DNA of 64,000 nt from Mobula hypostoma (Eukaryota). Position numbers and translations under genes: made by a program. Of the stretch, positions 39,665 through 53,792 are shown one piece after another (within the stretch, counting starts at the first letter, position 1; each line of letters opens with the position of its first letter). Where the stretch lies: NCBI RefSeq assembly GCF_963921235.1, contig NC_086108.1, positions 110,176,001 to 110,240,000 of the forward strand. Direction: 5' to 3'. Under the pieces are notes generated by a model. That model saw nothing but the letters and a program-made list of their open reading frames with translations. It ran no database searches and was not told the origin of the DNA.

Positions 39665-41423
39665 TGTCTTTTAGTTTAATAAAATCCAACATAATTGTGA
39701 AGGAAAGGACTGCATGAAGAATAGTAAAAGGAAGGCGAATCTGTTGAATTCATTGCCATGGACGGCTGTGGAGGCCAGGTCTTTGGGTATGTTTAAAACA
39801 GAGGTTGGTAGGTTCTTAATTAGTCAAGGTGTTAAAGGTTTTAGGGAGAAGACAGGAGAAATGGGGTTGAGAGACATAATGAATCATATCTGATGGAATG
39901 GTGGAGCAGGCTCAATGGGCTGAATGGCCTAATCCTGTTCCTATGTCTTATAAGTGCCATGTGGATGTTCTGAATTACTCTGAATTATTTGCCCCATTTG
40001 CCTTGTGTTAGAAATAAACCTTGGGCCTTACCAGCTCTGTCAGCGCAGGCACTTTCCATGTGTTCAGATCAAGTTCAGGCTGGCAGTTTGACAGCAAGTA
40101 GATTCTGCAGCTGCGTTCACTGTTTTCATTTTATATCTACATCTCCAAACCCATTCACTGGAATGAAATGATCAATAAAAACATAAATTGTTTTTATTAT
40201 GAACAGGTCGTTATTATGAATGTTGAAAAAGTTCCAATGTGGTCTGTGAATGATAATGTTCTAAGTACAACATCGTATGTAGAAAAATATGAGTGCCAGT
40301 TTTAACATAGCAAATACCCATGAATGAAATCCCAGCTATAAATTCAATTAATCTAGTTTGCTTAGCAGTCATAGCATGTACAGGTTTTAGACTTCGAAGA
40401 AAGTGTATTGCATTTTTTGCTATGTATTCAGTTTCACATCTGTTGGTATATCTATATATGACAGCGCCTAACTTTGTGGGTGTCACTTAACTCACTGAAC
40501 TTGACCAAAAATACATACAAATCTCAAGCTGGGCATGCTGATTTATTTATTATTTTTTTTATTTTTGCAGCTCTCAGGTGAACTCTTTTGCTGTGAAGCT
40601 ACTTGAAGGAGAACTGGGAATGTCTCCCAGTATATTTTTCATTATTAGAGATAGAGCACAGTAGCAGGCCCTTCTGGCGTAATGAGCCCACGCTACCCAA
40701 TTGCACCCATGTAATTAATTAACCTGTGTGTTTTTGGAATACGAGAGGAACCCGGGGCACCCAGAGGAAACCCATGCAATCATGGGGAGAACATACTAAC
40801 TCCTTGCAGGCAGCGGCGGAATTAAACCCGGGTCACTGGCACTGTAATTGTGTTAGGCTAATTTAACACTACCGTGCCACCTTCTGTATATGTTAAAGGT
40901 CTTCAGCATGAACACTGTTTTAGTGTTATCAGTTTGTCTCAGATAACATTATTTATCACATCACCTTTTGGCTACTGATTGTCTGGTTTGTTTCTGCACT
41001 TCACAGTAAAATTGCATTCTAAAAATACTTCACTGGTTGAGGTGCTTTGAGGAATTAGCACTAGAGGGATGTGCCAAGCTTCGACACAGAATCAGTTTAT
41101 TAATATTGCCTCAGATTCAAACTGCAAATAAAAAAAATCACAGTGCTTACAAAACATGATTAAAGATATACAGAAAACATGAAACTGAAGAATGTGACTA
41201 TATTTTGTGAATTGTCAGCAAAATAAGGTAACATAATCTTCTTACACTAATTCTACCACTGCAGCAAGTGATTAATAAAGATATCAATGCAGAAACTACC
41301 AAACTACCCACCCTTAACAAAACTAAACACCTCAGTAGTACCTTGGAGAAACTTTTTAATTAATTAAAAGGGTACAAAGTTCAAAGTAAATTTATTATCA
41401 AAGTATACCAAAGTACAACATTC

Positions 41424-44090
41424 TGGTCGGGGAGAGTGAGGAGGTGATAGATCAGACCTATAGGCAGGTAGTCACACCAGGGCCTCGGGAGACAGACAAG
41501 TGGGTAACAGTCAGGAGAGGGAAGAGCAAGAGTCAGATGCCTGTGACTGTTCCTCTTAACAATAAGTACTCCTGTTTGAGTACTGTTGGGGGAGACGGCC
41601 TACCTGGTGGAAGCCTCTGGCACAGAGTCTGTCCCTGTGGCTCAGAAGGGGAGGGAAAGGAAGAGGATGGCAGCAGTGATAGGGGATTCTATAGTTAGAG
41701 GGTCAGACAGGCGAATCTGTGGACACAGGAAAGAAGCACAAACGGTAGTTTTCCTCCCAGGGCCAGGGTCCAGGATGTTTCTAATCATGTCCACGATAAC
41801 CTTAAATGGGAAGGTGAGCAGCCAGAGGTCGTGGTACATATTGGTACCAACAACATAGGCAGGAAAAGGGAAGAGGGCCTGAAAACAGACTACAGGGAAT
41901 TAGGAAAGAAGTTCAGAAGCAGGACCTCAAAGGTAGTAATCTCAGGATTGCTGCCTGTGCCACGCGACAGTGAGTATAGGAATAGAGTGAGGTGGAGGAT
42001 AAATGCGTGGCTGAGGGATTGGAGCAGGGAGCAGGGATTCAGATTTCTGGATCATTGTGACCTCTTTTGGGGCAGGTGTGACCTGTACAAAAAGAACGGG
42101 TTGCACTTGAGTCCCAAGGGGACCAATATCCTGGCGGGGAGGTTAGAAACATAGAAACAGAAGAAACATAGAAAACCTACAGCACAATAGAGGCCTTTCG
42201 GCCCACAAAGCTGTACCAAACATGTCCTTGCCTTAGAACTACCTAGGCTTACCCTCAGCCCTCTATTTTTCGAAGCTCCACGTACCTATCCAGGAGTCTC
42301 TTAAAAGACCCTATCGTTTCCGCCTCCACTGTCGCTGCCAGGAGCCCACTGTTTTTTTAAAAAAAAAACTTACCCCTGACATGCAGATGATACTAAGATA
42401 GGTGGAGTTGTGGATAATGAAGTAGGTTTTCAAAGCTTGCAGAGAGATTTAGGCCAGTTAGAAGAGTGGCTGAAAGATGGGAGATAGAGTTTAATGCTGA
42501 TAAATGTGAGGTGCTACATTTTGGTAGGACTAATCAAAATAGGACATACATGGTAAACGGTAGGGCATTGTAGAATGCAGTAGAACAGAGGGATCTAGGA
42601 ATAATGGTGCATAATTCTCTGAAGGTGGAATCTCATGTGGATAGGGTGGTGAAGAAAGCTTTTGGTATGCTGGCCTTTATAAATCAGAGCATTGAGTAAA
42701 ATCGTACAAGGCATTGGTAAGGCCAAATTTGGAGTATTGTGCACAGTTTTGGTCACCGAACTATAGGAAAGATGTCAACAAAATAGAGTACAGAGAAGAT
42801 TTACTAGAATGTTACCTGGGTTTCATCACCTAAGTTACAGAGAAAGGTTGAACAAGTTAGGTCTTTATTCCTTGGAACGTAGAAGGTTGAGGGGGGACTT
42901 GATAGAGGTATTTAAAATTATGAGGGCGATAGAGAGAGTTGATGTGGATAGTCTTCTTCCATTGCGAGTGGGGGAGATTCAAACAAGAGGACATGAGTTG
43001 AGAGTTAAAGGGCAAAAGTTTAGGGGTGATATGAGGGGGATCTTCTTTACTCAGAAAGTGGTAGCTGTGTGGAACAAGCTTCCAGCAGAAGTGGTTGAGG
43101 CAGGTTCGATGTCATTTAAAGTTAAATTGGATAGCTGTATGGGCAGGAAAGGAATGGAGGGTTATGGGTTGAGTGCAGGTCGGTGGGACTAGGTGAGAGT
43201 AAGAGTTCGGCATGGACTAGAAGGGCCAAGATGGCCTGTTTCCGTGCTGTAATGGTTATATGGTTATCTCCTCTGTACCTACTTGCAAGCACCTTAAAAC
43301 TGTGCCCTCTCATGCTAGCCATTTTATCCGTTACAGTGGGACGTTGATAGGATGCAAAACTGGGCTGAGAAGTGGCAAATGGAGTTCAACCCAAGTAAGT
43401 GTGAAGTGGTTCATTTTGGGAGGTCAAATATGATGGTAGAATATAGTATTAATGGTAAGACTGTTGGCAGTGTGGAGGATCAGAGGGATCTTGGTGTCCG
43501 AGTCCATAGGACACTCAAAGCTGCTGCGCAGGTTGACTCTGTGTTGGCCTTCCTCAATCGTGGGATTGAGTTTAGGAGCTGAGAGGTAATATTGCAGCTT
43601 TATAGGACCCTGGTCAGACCCCACTTGGAGTACTGTGCTCAGTTCTGATTGCCTCACTACAGGAAGGATGTGGAAACCATAGCAAGGGTGCAGAGGAGAT
43701 TTACAAGGATGTTGCCTGGATTGGGGGCATGCCTTATGAGAATAGGTTGAGTGAACTCGGCCTTTTCTCCTTGGAGCAACGGAGGATGAGAGTTGACCTG
43801 ATAGAGGTGTATAAGGTGGTGAGAGGCATTGATCGTGCAGATAGAGGCTTTTTCCCAGGGCTGAAATGGCTCGCATGAGAAGGCACAGTTTTAAGTTGCT
43901 TGGAAGTAGGTACAGAGGAGATGTTGGAGGTAAGTTTTTTACGCAGAGTGGTGAGTGTGTGGAATGGGCTGCCAGTGACAGTGGTGGAGGCTGAAACATT
44001 AGGGTCTTTTAAGAGACTCCTGGATGGGTACATGGAGCTTAGAAAAATAGAGGGCTATGGGTAACCCTGGGTAGGTTTTCTATGTTTCTA
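41424..44090 (+). mobile_element. Composite CR1 locus: ORF1 esterase part (41424-42143), inverted 3' end (42144-42381 + 43268-43325), RT C-terminus and tail (43329-44090)
   Basis: IGDSIVRG, VHIGTNNIG, GLHLSPKG; WAEKWQMEFNPSKCEVVHFG; TTTTCTATGTTTCTA tails in both orientations. Confidence 0.9.
42382..43267 (+). mobile_element. Second-subfamily CR1 3' fragment nested in the inverted segment
   Basis: Splits CCCCTGACAT|CTCCTCTGTACC; ADDTKIGG...SYRERLNKLGLYSLERRRLRGDLIEVFKI; tail GGTTATATGGTTAT. Confidence 0.88.
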
Positions 44091-44234
44091 TAAATGTTAC
44101 CATTTACCCATGCAAGCACAGGGAGAATATACAAACTCCATACAGGCAGCAGTGGGAATTGAACCCCAGTTGCTTGTGCTGTAGTGTTGAGCTGACCACT
44201 ATGCTAATGTGTCACTGACATCCCAATATTGCTC

Positions 44235-44992
44235 ACCAGACCTGGAATACTTTGCAATTAAGTGCTGTCCATTTTACGTGCTGCGGAAGATTTCAGCGAT
44301 CATTTTGGTAGCGGTGTACATTCCATCCAGGCCAATGTCAAACAGACTCTAGACGAACTGAGCAATGGGATCAACAGGCATGAAGCAGCACATCCTGATG
44401 CCTTCCCCATCATTTTGGGGGATTTTAACTAGGCCAGTTTGATAAAGTTGCTAAATAATTATCAAAAAATCACCTGTAGTACTAGAGGAAATAACACACT
44501 GGACCACTGTTACACTAAGGTCGAGTGCTCACTGTGCTGTTCCACTCCCACACTTTGATAAGTCTGATCACTCCCTGAGTATAGGCAGTGTGTGAATACT
44601 GCAGCCCGGTAGTGAGGACCAAGAAGGTATGGTCCAGGGAGGCACAAGAGTGCTTACAGGCTGGTTTGAATTGGTAGACTGTACTGTATCCAGGGATTCA
44701 TCTTCGAGTCTGGATGAATGTGCCACAGTTGTCACTGACTTCATTAAAACCTGTGTGGATGGTTGTGGGCCTACGAAAACTTACTGTACAGTCCCAAACC
44801 AAAAGCCGTGGATGACACAGGAAGTTCGTAGTCTTTTGAGGGCTAGATTTGTGGCATTTAAGTGTGGCGACCCAGGTCTGTGTAAGCAAACCAGGCATGA
44901 CTTGCGCAGGGCTATTTCAAGAGGCAAGAGACAATTCCGCGAGAGGCTGGAGGTGACTTTGGATGCACGTCAACTCAGGCAGGTTTTGCAGC
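44235..44992 (+). mobile_element. Rex1/Babar internal fragment (end of AP endonuclease and linker)
   Basis: ILVAVYI, ILGDFN, TRGNNTLDHCY, KSDH, PNQKPWM motifs. Confidence 0.8.
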
Positions 44993-45853
44993 CTACTTCC
45001 CGGTACATGTTTAGATAGATATACTTTATTGATAGACGGTAGGAGGATACTGGTGCAGGGGCACAATAGGTGTAGTGTGAAGGCAGCAGTCGCACTTTGA
45101 GTTAAAAGCATTGTATGAGCAAAACCCTTTGCTCTTTAGTACTAAAGTAATAGCAATACACAACATTCCTTGCAGAATTTAAAATGTTAACATTGTGTGT
45201 TTTAAATCTACCAGTATATATATATATATAGCCAATAGAAAACATGAATGAAGATATCTTGTAACCTCATTGTGGAAAACAGGTGCTTAACAAAATAAGT
45301 TCATAAAAAGATTTAAATATTGCTACCTCAAAGTTTAAAGTAAATTGAATGTCAAAGTAGAGACAAAGAAACACAACAGAATGAATGAAAATCTATACAC
45401 AAAGACCGACAATGTGCATAAGAAGCCAAGCTATGCAATTAAAAAAAATCAAACTCTTGTTTATTGTCACTTGACTGAGTGTGTGTATGTATGTCTGTAC
45501 ATATTTGATTTGTCAACTAAAACACTGAAAAAACATCTACAATACCGTAGAGAGCATTTTGAATGGCTGAATCACCATCTTGAATGGGAGGGGGTGCACT
45601 GTATGGTACACCTACAAAACATATATTGCACACAGCACATAAAACAAAATAATACCACATGTAAGTTAATAAAATATAATTCAAAATGCATGTAGTGCAC
45701 AGCACAGGTAAACAGTACATAGCTCGCTGGTGGCAGAGTTTCGCAATCTGAAGGAAGCAGCTGTTACCCAATCTGGCTGTCCTAGTCTTGTTGCTCCTGT
45801 ACCTCCTTCGTGAGAGTGTTGTGTCAAAGATACTGTGGGATGGTAAATAAGTA

Positions 45854-46607
45854 TAGTGGATCCTAGTTAATTGGGACACATCGAGACTGGTACTTTTTGG
45901 TTCAATTAAGCAGCTGCCCCAGTTTGCTGAAGTTTCATGGAAATAGTTAAAAGGCATAACAAAGAAACTACCATTTAACTGAGTAACAAATTATGCATTC
46001 AGGTTAAATGCAGAACAAATTAGAACACTAGCAATACTGCTGCAGTATTATAAAATTGTATTCTCATAGTTACTGACAGAAGAATTCATCGCTACTATGT
46101 TCTTTTGATTGACTAAGTGAACAAAATCAGCCCAGACAACTAGTAGGGATAATGGACTACCTTCATTGCCTTCCTGCATAAAGTCAAAATAAAAAAACAA
46201 AATATCAAAAACTCTCTACTTTTTTCAATCAATGTTCTGTGGTCCTAATGGATAACATAACAAATGATGCTATTTTAAAAACTGTTCGCTCTGTAATGTC
46301 TAACAGCCATTTTTGGCATCTCCGAGCCTGAATGCTTGAAACTGCAGTGGGTAAAACAGTTCTGAATTGTCTTATTGCTTATTTCTTGCCAACTATCAAT
46401 GATAAAATCAATGCTTTTTGAACAGAAGCTGACACTAGTTAGAAGTGCATGCTACTGACACTAGTTAGAAACTGTTAGCAATATCTCCTGCCCAATTAAG
46501 TGGCATAATGTCCCAAATATACAAAGGGAATCCTGGCTATTTTAATGGTTCTTTGAGCTGTCCCAAATAATGGCTGCGCCGATGGCCCAATTAATCAGGA
46601 TCCATTG
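45854..46607. mobile_element. Non-autonomous Tigger/pogo-like DNA transposon
   Basis: TA-flanked TIRs TAGTGGATCCTAGTTAATTGGGAC and GGCCCAATTAATCAGGATCCATTG, with subterminal CCCAATTAA-like repeats. Confidence 0.8.
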
Positions 46608-47087
46608 TAATAGATAATGCTGAAAACATGAGTTGTCGAATCCTTGGAAGTGAGTTCGTAGGTTGTGGAATCAGTTCGGTTTTGAGGTGAGTGAAGTTAT
46701 CCGTGCTGGTTCAGGAGTCTGATTGAAGAGTAATAATTATTCCTGAACTAGATGGTGTGGGACCCAAGGCTTCTGTACCTCTTGCCTGACCCCATTTCAT
46801 TTAAGCCCCTAAACAGAGTGGCTGAGGGAGATGTATTTCTGCAACTTGCTATCTGTTTCTCTTGCTCTGAATACCAGATTGGAGGCTACTTAAGCAGAAT
46901 GGAGGGACAAATATTTTGACGAGATTTAGTGTCAACTGATCTTTGTTTCGGCTCGCCATGAAGTGTGACAATTGACAGTTGAAGCATTTTGAAATGCTGT
47001 CATCACCACAATAGCCATATTATCTGCTACTAAGAACTTTCCCTTTCCAAAACTGAGGGACAAAAATTCTATATTTGGTTACAATTT

Positions 47088-47362
47088 TTGGCATGTGCGT
47101 GCATGCGTGTGTGTGCGATGTTGGCGGAACGATGTTTTCTTCATGCCTTTACAAGGCGCGGATCGAGAGAGAGACTGTGTGACACGACACTCCTCACACA
47201 GACATTTCGCAGTGTTTTTCCCTTTATTTCACGAGGTCGAGTTGTGATCTCGACACTCAACCCGGCACGGATGGAAAGTGTACTCAGGAGCGGCTCCGAC
47301 TGGATTTGAACCCAGAACCTTCGTCCCAGAGTCCGGCGCTGATGTCATTGCGCCACTAGCCG
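47088..47362 (-). mobile_element. Young full-length tRNA-derived SINE of a distinct family
   Basis: Minus strand GGCTAGTGGCGCAATG (A box)...GGTTCAAATCC (B box); CpG-rich; (CA)-like tail. Confidence 0.8.
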
Positions 47363-49249
47363 TTTTAAGGTAACTGTGACCCATTTGTTAGTGCATTTAA
47401 CAGAGCTGTTGTCACTGTTTGACTATTAACAATAAACAATTCTTGAAGTTCTTGTATAAAGTAGTTAGAAATTTTGTCATAAGAACTTGTTTTGAAATGT
47501 AAGAATGAGTAACTGACTTCTGTACTTCTCCCAAAGTTATATTGTAGTACCAGTGTTAGAATGTAATGAATATATTGAAAGATTAATTATCTGATTAGAA
47601 CAGAAGTTGTGTTTTATTGTGCAAATTCCATGTTAAATGCGTAGTCCTAGTATCTATCTTGTATTTTTACACAAATTCCTGCATCGCTTGATCTTCAGGC
47701 TGGTTATATTTATTCATCTACCGCCCCATCAGAAATAACATCACCAACCTCTCCCTCATCACCACTGAGCTCAGAATCAGATTCATTATCACTGAGATGT
47801 CATGAAATTTCTAAATTTGTGGCAGTGGTGCAAGTGCAATACATAAAAACTACTATAAATTATAATAATATATACAATAAGGTACAAAAAGAAAGCAAAA
47901 ATAGTGAGGTAGTATTTGAGTGAATGGACAGTTCAGAAATTTAATAGCTGAAGGAAAGAAGCTATTCTTAAAATGTATGTGGGTGTTTAGCCTCCTGTAC
48001 CCCATCTCTGATGATATATGCAAATAGGGTGCTTGTTATGGTAAATCACTAAAAGTTGGTAAGGGTCAAAACTGACATGTCAAATTTCTGTAGCCTCCCA
48101 AGAAAGCAGAGGCACTGGTGAGCTTTTTTGACTGTGGTATCTACATGGTTGGTCAGGTTCACTTTCAGTATTCGTTAGAAGTTTGTGCAGATTTGACAAC
48201 CATCCAGATGCACAGTGGAGAGTATCCAGACTGGTTGTATCGCAGCCTGTAGGGAAACACTGATGCCCAAGAATAGAAAAGCCTACAAAAATTAGTGCAT
48301 TCCTGGAAAAGTACTCCCCCACCATTAAGCATATCTACATGGAGCGCTGCCAGAAGGAAGCAACCACTATCTAGGCCTTGCTCTCTTCTCACTGCTGCTA
48401 TTGGGGAAGAGGTGCAGGAACCTTGGGTTTCACACTACCTGGTTCAGGAACAATGATGGCTCTGCAGTCATCAGGCTCTTGAACCAGCGTGGATAACTTC
48501 ACTTAGTCAACACTAAACTGATTCCATAACCTTGGATTCACTTTCAAAAATTCTACACCTCATGTTCTCAGTGTTATTTATTATTTATTTATTATTATTG
48601 GGTTTTGCATTTGCACAGTGGCTGTCACTCTTTGTGGTGCTTAACTTTTCATTGATTCTGCTGTATGTGTTTATTCTACTTATACAGCAGCACACCTTTT
48701 TTGCACAGAAATTGCATTTACTATTCCCTAATTCTGTATCCGATGGTGTCTGGCCCCAAGTCTGTCCATGACCTTGCCCGGCTAAGTGATTTGTTTGTTC
48801 TAATGCCTGCTCATCAATATCTGTGCTTCCATTATCTCCACTGCAACCTCTACTTGAAATTTGTTGGCATCTGCTTTCTAGATAAGATCAATACAAAGCA
48901 CTTATTTAGTTTTCCAGCCTTTCCCTCTCCCTCTGTGCAGATCACTTTCCTGGTCTCATTGGCTCCATCCCTCTGCTCTGTGTTTATAACTTGCGTGCCA
49001 GTAGAGATGTTCTGAGTTTTCTTTTTTTTCAGTCCTGCTGCCATTTCTTCATTGTTTTGTTCCTTACTCAATTTATTGTATTCAACTTTTCATTTGAAGT
49101 GTCATGTTTTGCTGTCATTGGAGAAGGTCAAGAGGAGAATCCTGGGAATGAAAAGGTTAACATACGAGGACCTTTTTATGATTCTGGCCCATTGCCTGTT
49201 GGCGGTGTGGAATCTCATTGAAACCTATCAAAAATTGAAAGGTCTAGAG

Positions 49250-49328
49250 CACAGGTTCCCAACCTAGGGCCCATGGACCTCTCGGTAATGGTTTTGATTT
49301 CTGACATTAAAAAGTTTAGGAATCCCTA
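49250..49328. mobile_element. Tiny hAT/Charlie-type MITE inside a CR1 fragment
   Basis: TSD GTCTAGAG/GTTTAGAG at 49242-49249 and 49329-49336. Confidence 0.8.
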
Positions 49329-50418
49329 GTTTAGAGATAGTTGATGTGGAATGGGTGGGGAAGTCTAGGACCAGAATGCATAGCCTTAGAATAGGACAAC
49401 CCTTTAGAACAGATTTCTTCAGCCAGAGAGTGTTGAATCTGTGAAATTCATTGCCACAGATGACTGGAGACCAATTCATTGAGTGTATTTAAAGCAGAAG
49501 TTGATAGGTTCTTAGTAAAGGGTATCAAAGGTTATACGGAGAAGGCAGGAAAGTGGGCTTGAGAAGTATAATAAATCAGCCATGATGGTACAAGTTATTG
49601 GTATCTGCATGATGGTATTATCCTCTTTTAGTGACATGCCATTATTGCCAAGGATTAAATTATTCAATGGTCATTTTCTTCCTAGTTGAGGAAATGGAAA
49701 TTTAATGTACATTAATTGCTCATAAGCATAAGAGACTAAATTTTCAGATATTTTATCGTTGCACCTTTCTCCATTTTGTTAAGACCACAACTGACTTTCT
49801 CTTTTCAACCCCTTCTCATTTACTTCCCTGAAGCTTTTTCAAATTAGCACTTTCCATCTCCAGTATTTCCAACCGCACTTGCCATAGACCTTTTTAGTGA
49901 TACAGCATGGAGTAGGCCTTTCCCCAGCCAACCCCGATTTAACTCGAGCCTAATCACCGTACAATTTACATTGACCAATTACTAACCAGTATGTCTTTGG
50001 ACTACGCAAAGAAAGTAGAGCACCCGGGGGAAACCCATACATTCCACGAGGAGGACATAAAAACTCTTTACAGAAGGTGCCAGAATTGAACTCCGATGCC
50101 CTGAGTTGTAATAGCATCGCGCTAACCGTTACTCTACTGTAGTGTCCAGATTGAGCATCTGGTTGCAACCTGATGAATTGTGCCCATATTCTATCACTTC
50201 CAAGCAAAATATATACTTGCATCATTTTGTTCTGGAACTTCGAATTTCTAAAGCTTCTAGAAGAGTAATTTGAGCAAGATGAAATGTTTGTACCACCTCA
50301 GCACAACTTAGCAGCCATATCTTCCAGTACTGTCAAATCCTACAACTGTAAGGAACTAAGCATTTCAACAAAAAAATTTGGTAAGAAATTAGCTAACAGC
50401 ACTCATAGCAAGCAAGTA

Positions 50419-51039
50419 GAGGTTGAGAACCCCTTATCCGAAATTACAAAATCTGAAAGTTTCTGTGTGTTGACATTACATCACAGTGGAAAATTCCATA
50501 AGGCGCAGGGAAGGTTCCCAGGTGATGTGCTGGTCTCTACCACAGATAGTTCTAAGAAATGACCTCACATATGTAATGGACAGCAGTTAAAAAAAGTGGA
50601 AAAACAAAGCGAAAAATGAAGAACTTGATTGTGTATTCATGTGTCAGAATGAACGTGCTGCATAATAGTATGCTGATCATGAAACAAGCAAAGATCTATC
50701 ACAACTGAAAATTGAAGATAATTATGAATATTCAGCAGGCTGGTTGCAGAAATTTAAGAAAAGGCATAACCTTAAAGATTTGTGGTGATAAGTTGTCTGC
50801 AGATCACAAGGCAGCATAGAAATTCACTGAGTTTGCTGAGACTGTCACTGATGAAGATCTAACATGCTGAATGGCTGCATCAGTACGTACTGTCTGTGTA
50901 AGACAAAGACTGCTTATTGGTATAGTCAAATGACGGGGATCACAAGCTACCTCACTGTGTATATATAAAATTCCGAAAAAATTCTGAACTCCAAAACACT
51001 TCTATACTCAAGCTTTTCAGATAAGAGGTACTCAACTTA
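50419..51039 (+). mobile_element. Internally deleted Tigger/pogo transposon
   Basis: TIRs AGGTTGAGAACCCCTTATCCGAAA and TTTCAGATAAGAGGTACTCAACTT; CENP-B-type remnant YSAGWLQKFKKRH...CGDKLSAD. Confidence 0.85.
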
Positions 51040-51589
51040 CATACAAAGTTAATAGTTATGCCCTGCTGATACTTAAATGATGGAATATCTACTGAACTGT
51101 AACTGAAACATGGTATTTTTACATTTGTGTTCCATTTAAACAAATGTAGATCATTACATAGATGGGGATATTTGACCAGTTGTTCTGGTTTGACCATAAG
51201 GTGAAAGGGGTCACAGAATCCTGACCACACCAACAGAGACTCTGCCAAAGTATCTCGACCTGAAGTGTCGACTGTACTTTTTTCCTGAGATACTGCCTGG
51301 CCTGCTGAGTTCCTCTAGCATTTTGTGTGTGTGTTGCTTGGATTTCCGGCATCTGTGGATTTTCTCTTGTTTGTGATAGGAACTTATTCACTGTTTGCTA
51401 CCAAAGACACTTTTAGACTTTTTAAAACAGAATGTTTAAGTTCTATCCTGGAAAAATTTAAATTTAAAACAAAAGCCAGCTAGCTCATGAAGGTGCTCAA
51501 GATCAACACACAAGTGGGGGAAGAAAACCCAAATGCTGCAAATCTGAACTAAACTCATTGTATAATAGTATGCTGGCATGGTACATTTA

Positions 51590-51735
51590 TTCAGAGCAAA
51601 CATCAGAATGGGGGAAGAAATGTGATCTAAGTGACTTTGACTGTGGGAAGATTGTTGGTGCCAGCGGGGTGGTTTGTGTATCTCAGAAACTGTTGATCTG
51701 TTGGGATTTTCATGTGCAGCAGTCTCTAGAGTGGG
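51590..51735 (+). mobile_element. Tc1-like transposase N-terminal fragment
   Basis: GKKCDLSDFDCGKIVGA / ISETVDLLGFSCAAVSRV across frameshifts. Confidence 0.75.
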
Positions 51736-53792
51736 GGTTCCCAAGGTCTCTACAGTTCCTTTGTGTTCGTCAGCTTCATGGACGGGGAGTCTGCTACGTG
51801 GGCATAATCTACTGTTGTGGTTTGCGTATCACGTGACAGCTGGCATGCAGCATCCATAGCTGACCCCGCCCAACGGAGGGTCTCGAGACACAAAACAAAT
51901 TGCTGAGAGTGTTTGACCAGCATCCGGGGAGAGCAAAACAGACCGAGAAATCTGTTTGCTCGGTGACTTCTCATCAGGATGATGTGTTTAAAAACATTAG
52001 GAACAGACCAAGTACCAGCAGGTTGAAAATTAAGTTGTGAAGAAGGCAAAACATTGGAAATGTGGCTAATTGAGCAAGTTTCAATATTATATCGGGAAAA
52101 TGTGAGTAATTCATTTAGGGATACAGCATGGAATAGGCCCTTCTGGCCCAATGTGCTGCACTGCCCAGCAACCCACCTATTTAACCCTAGTCTGATCACA
52201 GTGACCAATTAACCTACTAGCTGGTTCATCTTTGAAATGTGGGAGGAAACCGGAGCACCCAGAGGAAATAGGGGAACACAGATGAAACCCACACATTCAT
52301 GGGGAGGATGTACAAACTCCTTACAGAGGACATCAGAACTAAACTCTGCACTTTAGCACTCCAAGCTGTAATAGTAGCATACTGAGCACTAGGCCCTTAA
52401 TGATAGAAAGAGTGTTCACCCCTAATGGGTGAATCTCATAAACAATTGTACCAATTCTTCCTTGATGAATTTAAAAGATAGTTGGACAGGTACACGGATA
52501 GAAAGGTTTACAGGGAAATGGGTCAAATGCAGGCAAATAGTTTATTGAATTAATTTATTGTCACATATACCAAGGTACAGTAACAAGCTTCTCTTCACTG
52601 TACATACAGATCATTTTATTAATCAGTACATCAAGGCTTAATAAGGTACAATAATAACAGGATGCTATTGTCTGTAAGGTAAAAGTGTAACAGCTACAGC
52701 ATGGGTAGAATAAGGTGCAAGAGCATAATGAAGTAGTTTGTGTGGTTAAGTATCCATCTTATTATAGAGGACCAGTCAATAATCTCACAACAGTGGGTAG
52801 GAAGCTTGAGCCTAGTGCTGCATGCTTTCTTCCTCCCGATGGGAGACTGAATGAGTTGGTCCTCAGGGCTTCTTTTTGTGCTGTGCTATTTGTTTACTAA
52901 TTAGTTTATTAATAAAAATTGTAAAGAGCTAGAAACTTGACATGTAGCAGCTTTGATCACGTCTGTTAGTCTCTGGAGGCAGCATTGACTTCAAGTAGTT
53001 ATTGTAGGGAGGAGGGGTGTGGACTTAGCTGTGAGAACAACCAAGGGTTTCATTCAAAAAGTTTGGGAACCATGAGGTTGAAGTGCATTGGCAAGACTTT
53101 CAGGTCCCTCACAGGCCCCTTGGCTATTTACAGTATTAATGACATAAAGCAAACTGCTGAGAATTCTTGACCAACATCTGGGGAGAACAAAACAGACATA
53201 GTAGTGGGTTTGATTGATGGCTTTTCATCAGGATAATGTTTAAAAACTTGAACGAGCAGATTAAGTACTGTCCTTTTCAAAGTTCGCTGCTGATATGAAG
53301 CCAGGTGGAAAGTTTAAGTTATGAGGAAGACACAGAATCTGAAAATGTTGGTTAAGTTAAGGAAACAAATTTTCAATATTTTCTGGGGAAACTAGACATC
53401 TAATTATGGTGCTAAACAGAATTAAAGTTGTTTTTTAGAGGGTGAATCTCGTAAACCTTTCTACAAATTCTTGGTGATTCAAGAATTTAAAAGCTAGTTG
53501 GGCTAGAACATGGATTGACAGGTTTACAGGGATATTGATCAAATGCAAACAAATGGGGCATGTGACAATAATAAATTAATTTGAATAAACATGTATCAAG
53601 GTACAGTGCAAAGCTTGTCTTGCGCACTGCACATACAGATCAATTTATTACTCAGTGCCTTGAGGTTGAACAAGGTAAAGCAATAACAGGATGCTATCGT
53701 CTGTACTGTAGAAGTGTAATAACTAGAGAGTGCAGTGCAGGTAGGTGTTTAACTGTCCATATTATTGTGGGGGACCATTCAATAGTCTAAGC

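Noticed and set aside
47285..47362. tRNA gene
   Set aside because: A and B boxes are present, but I see no convincing cloverleaf and the sequence continues into a SINE body and tail.
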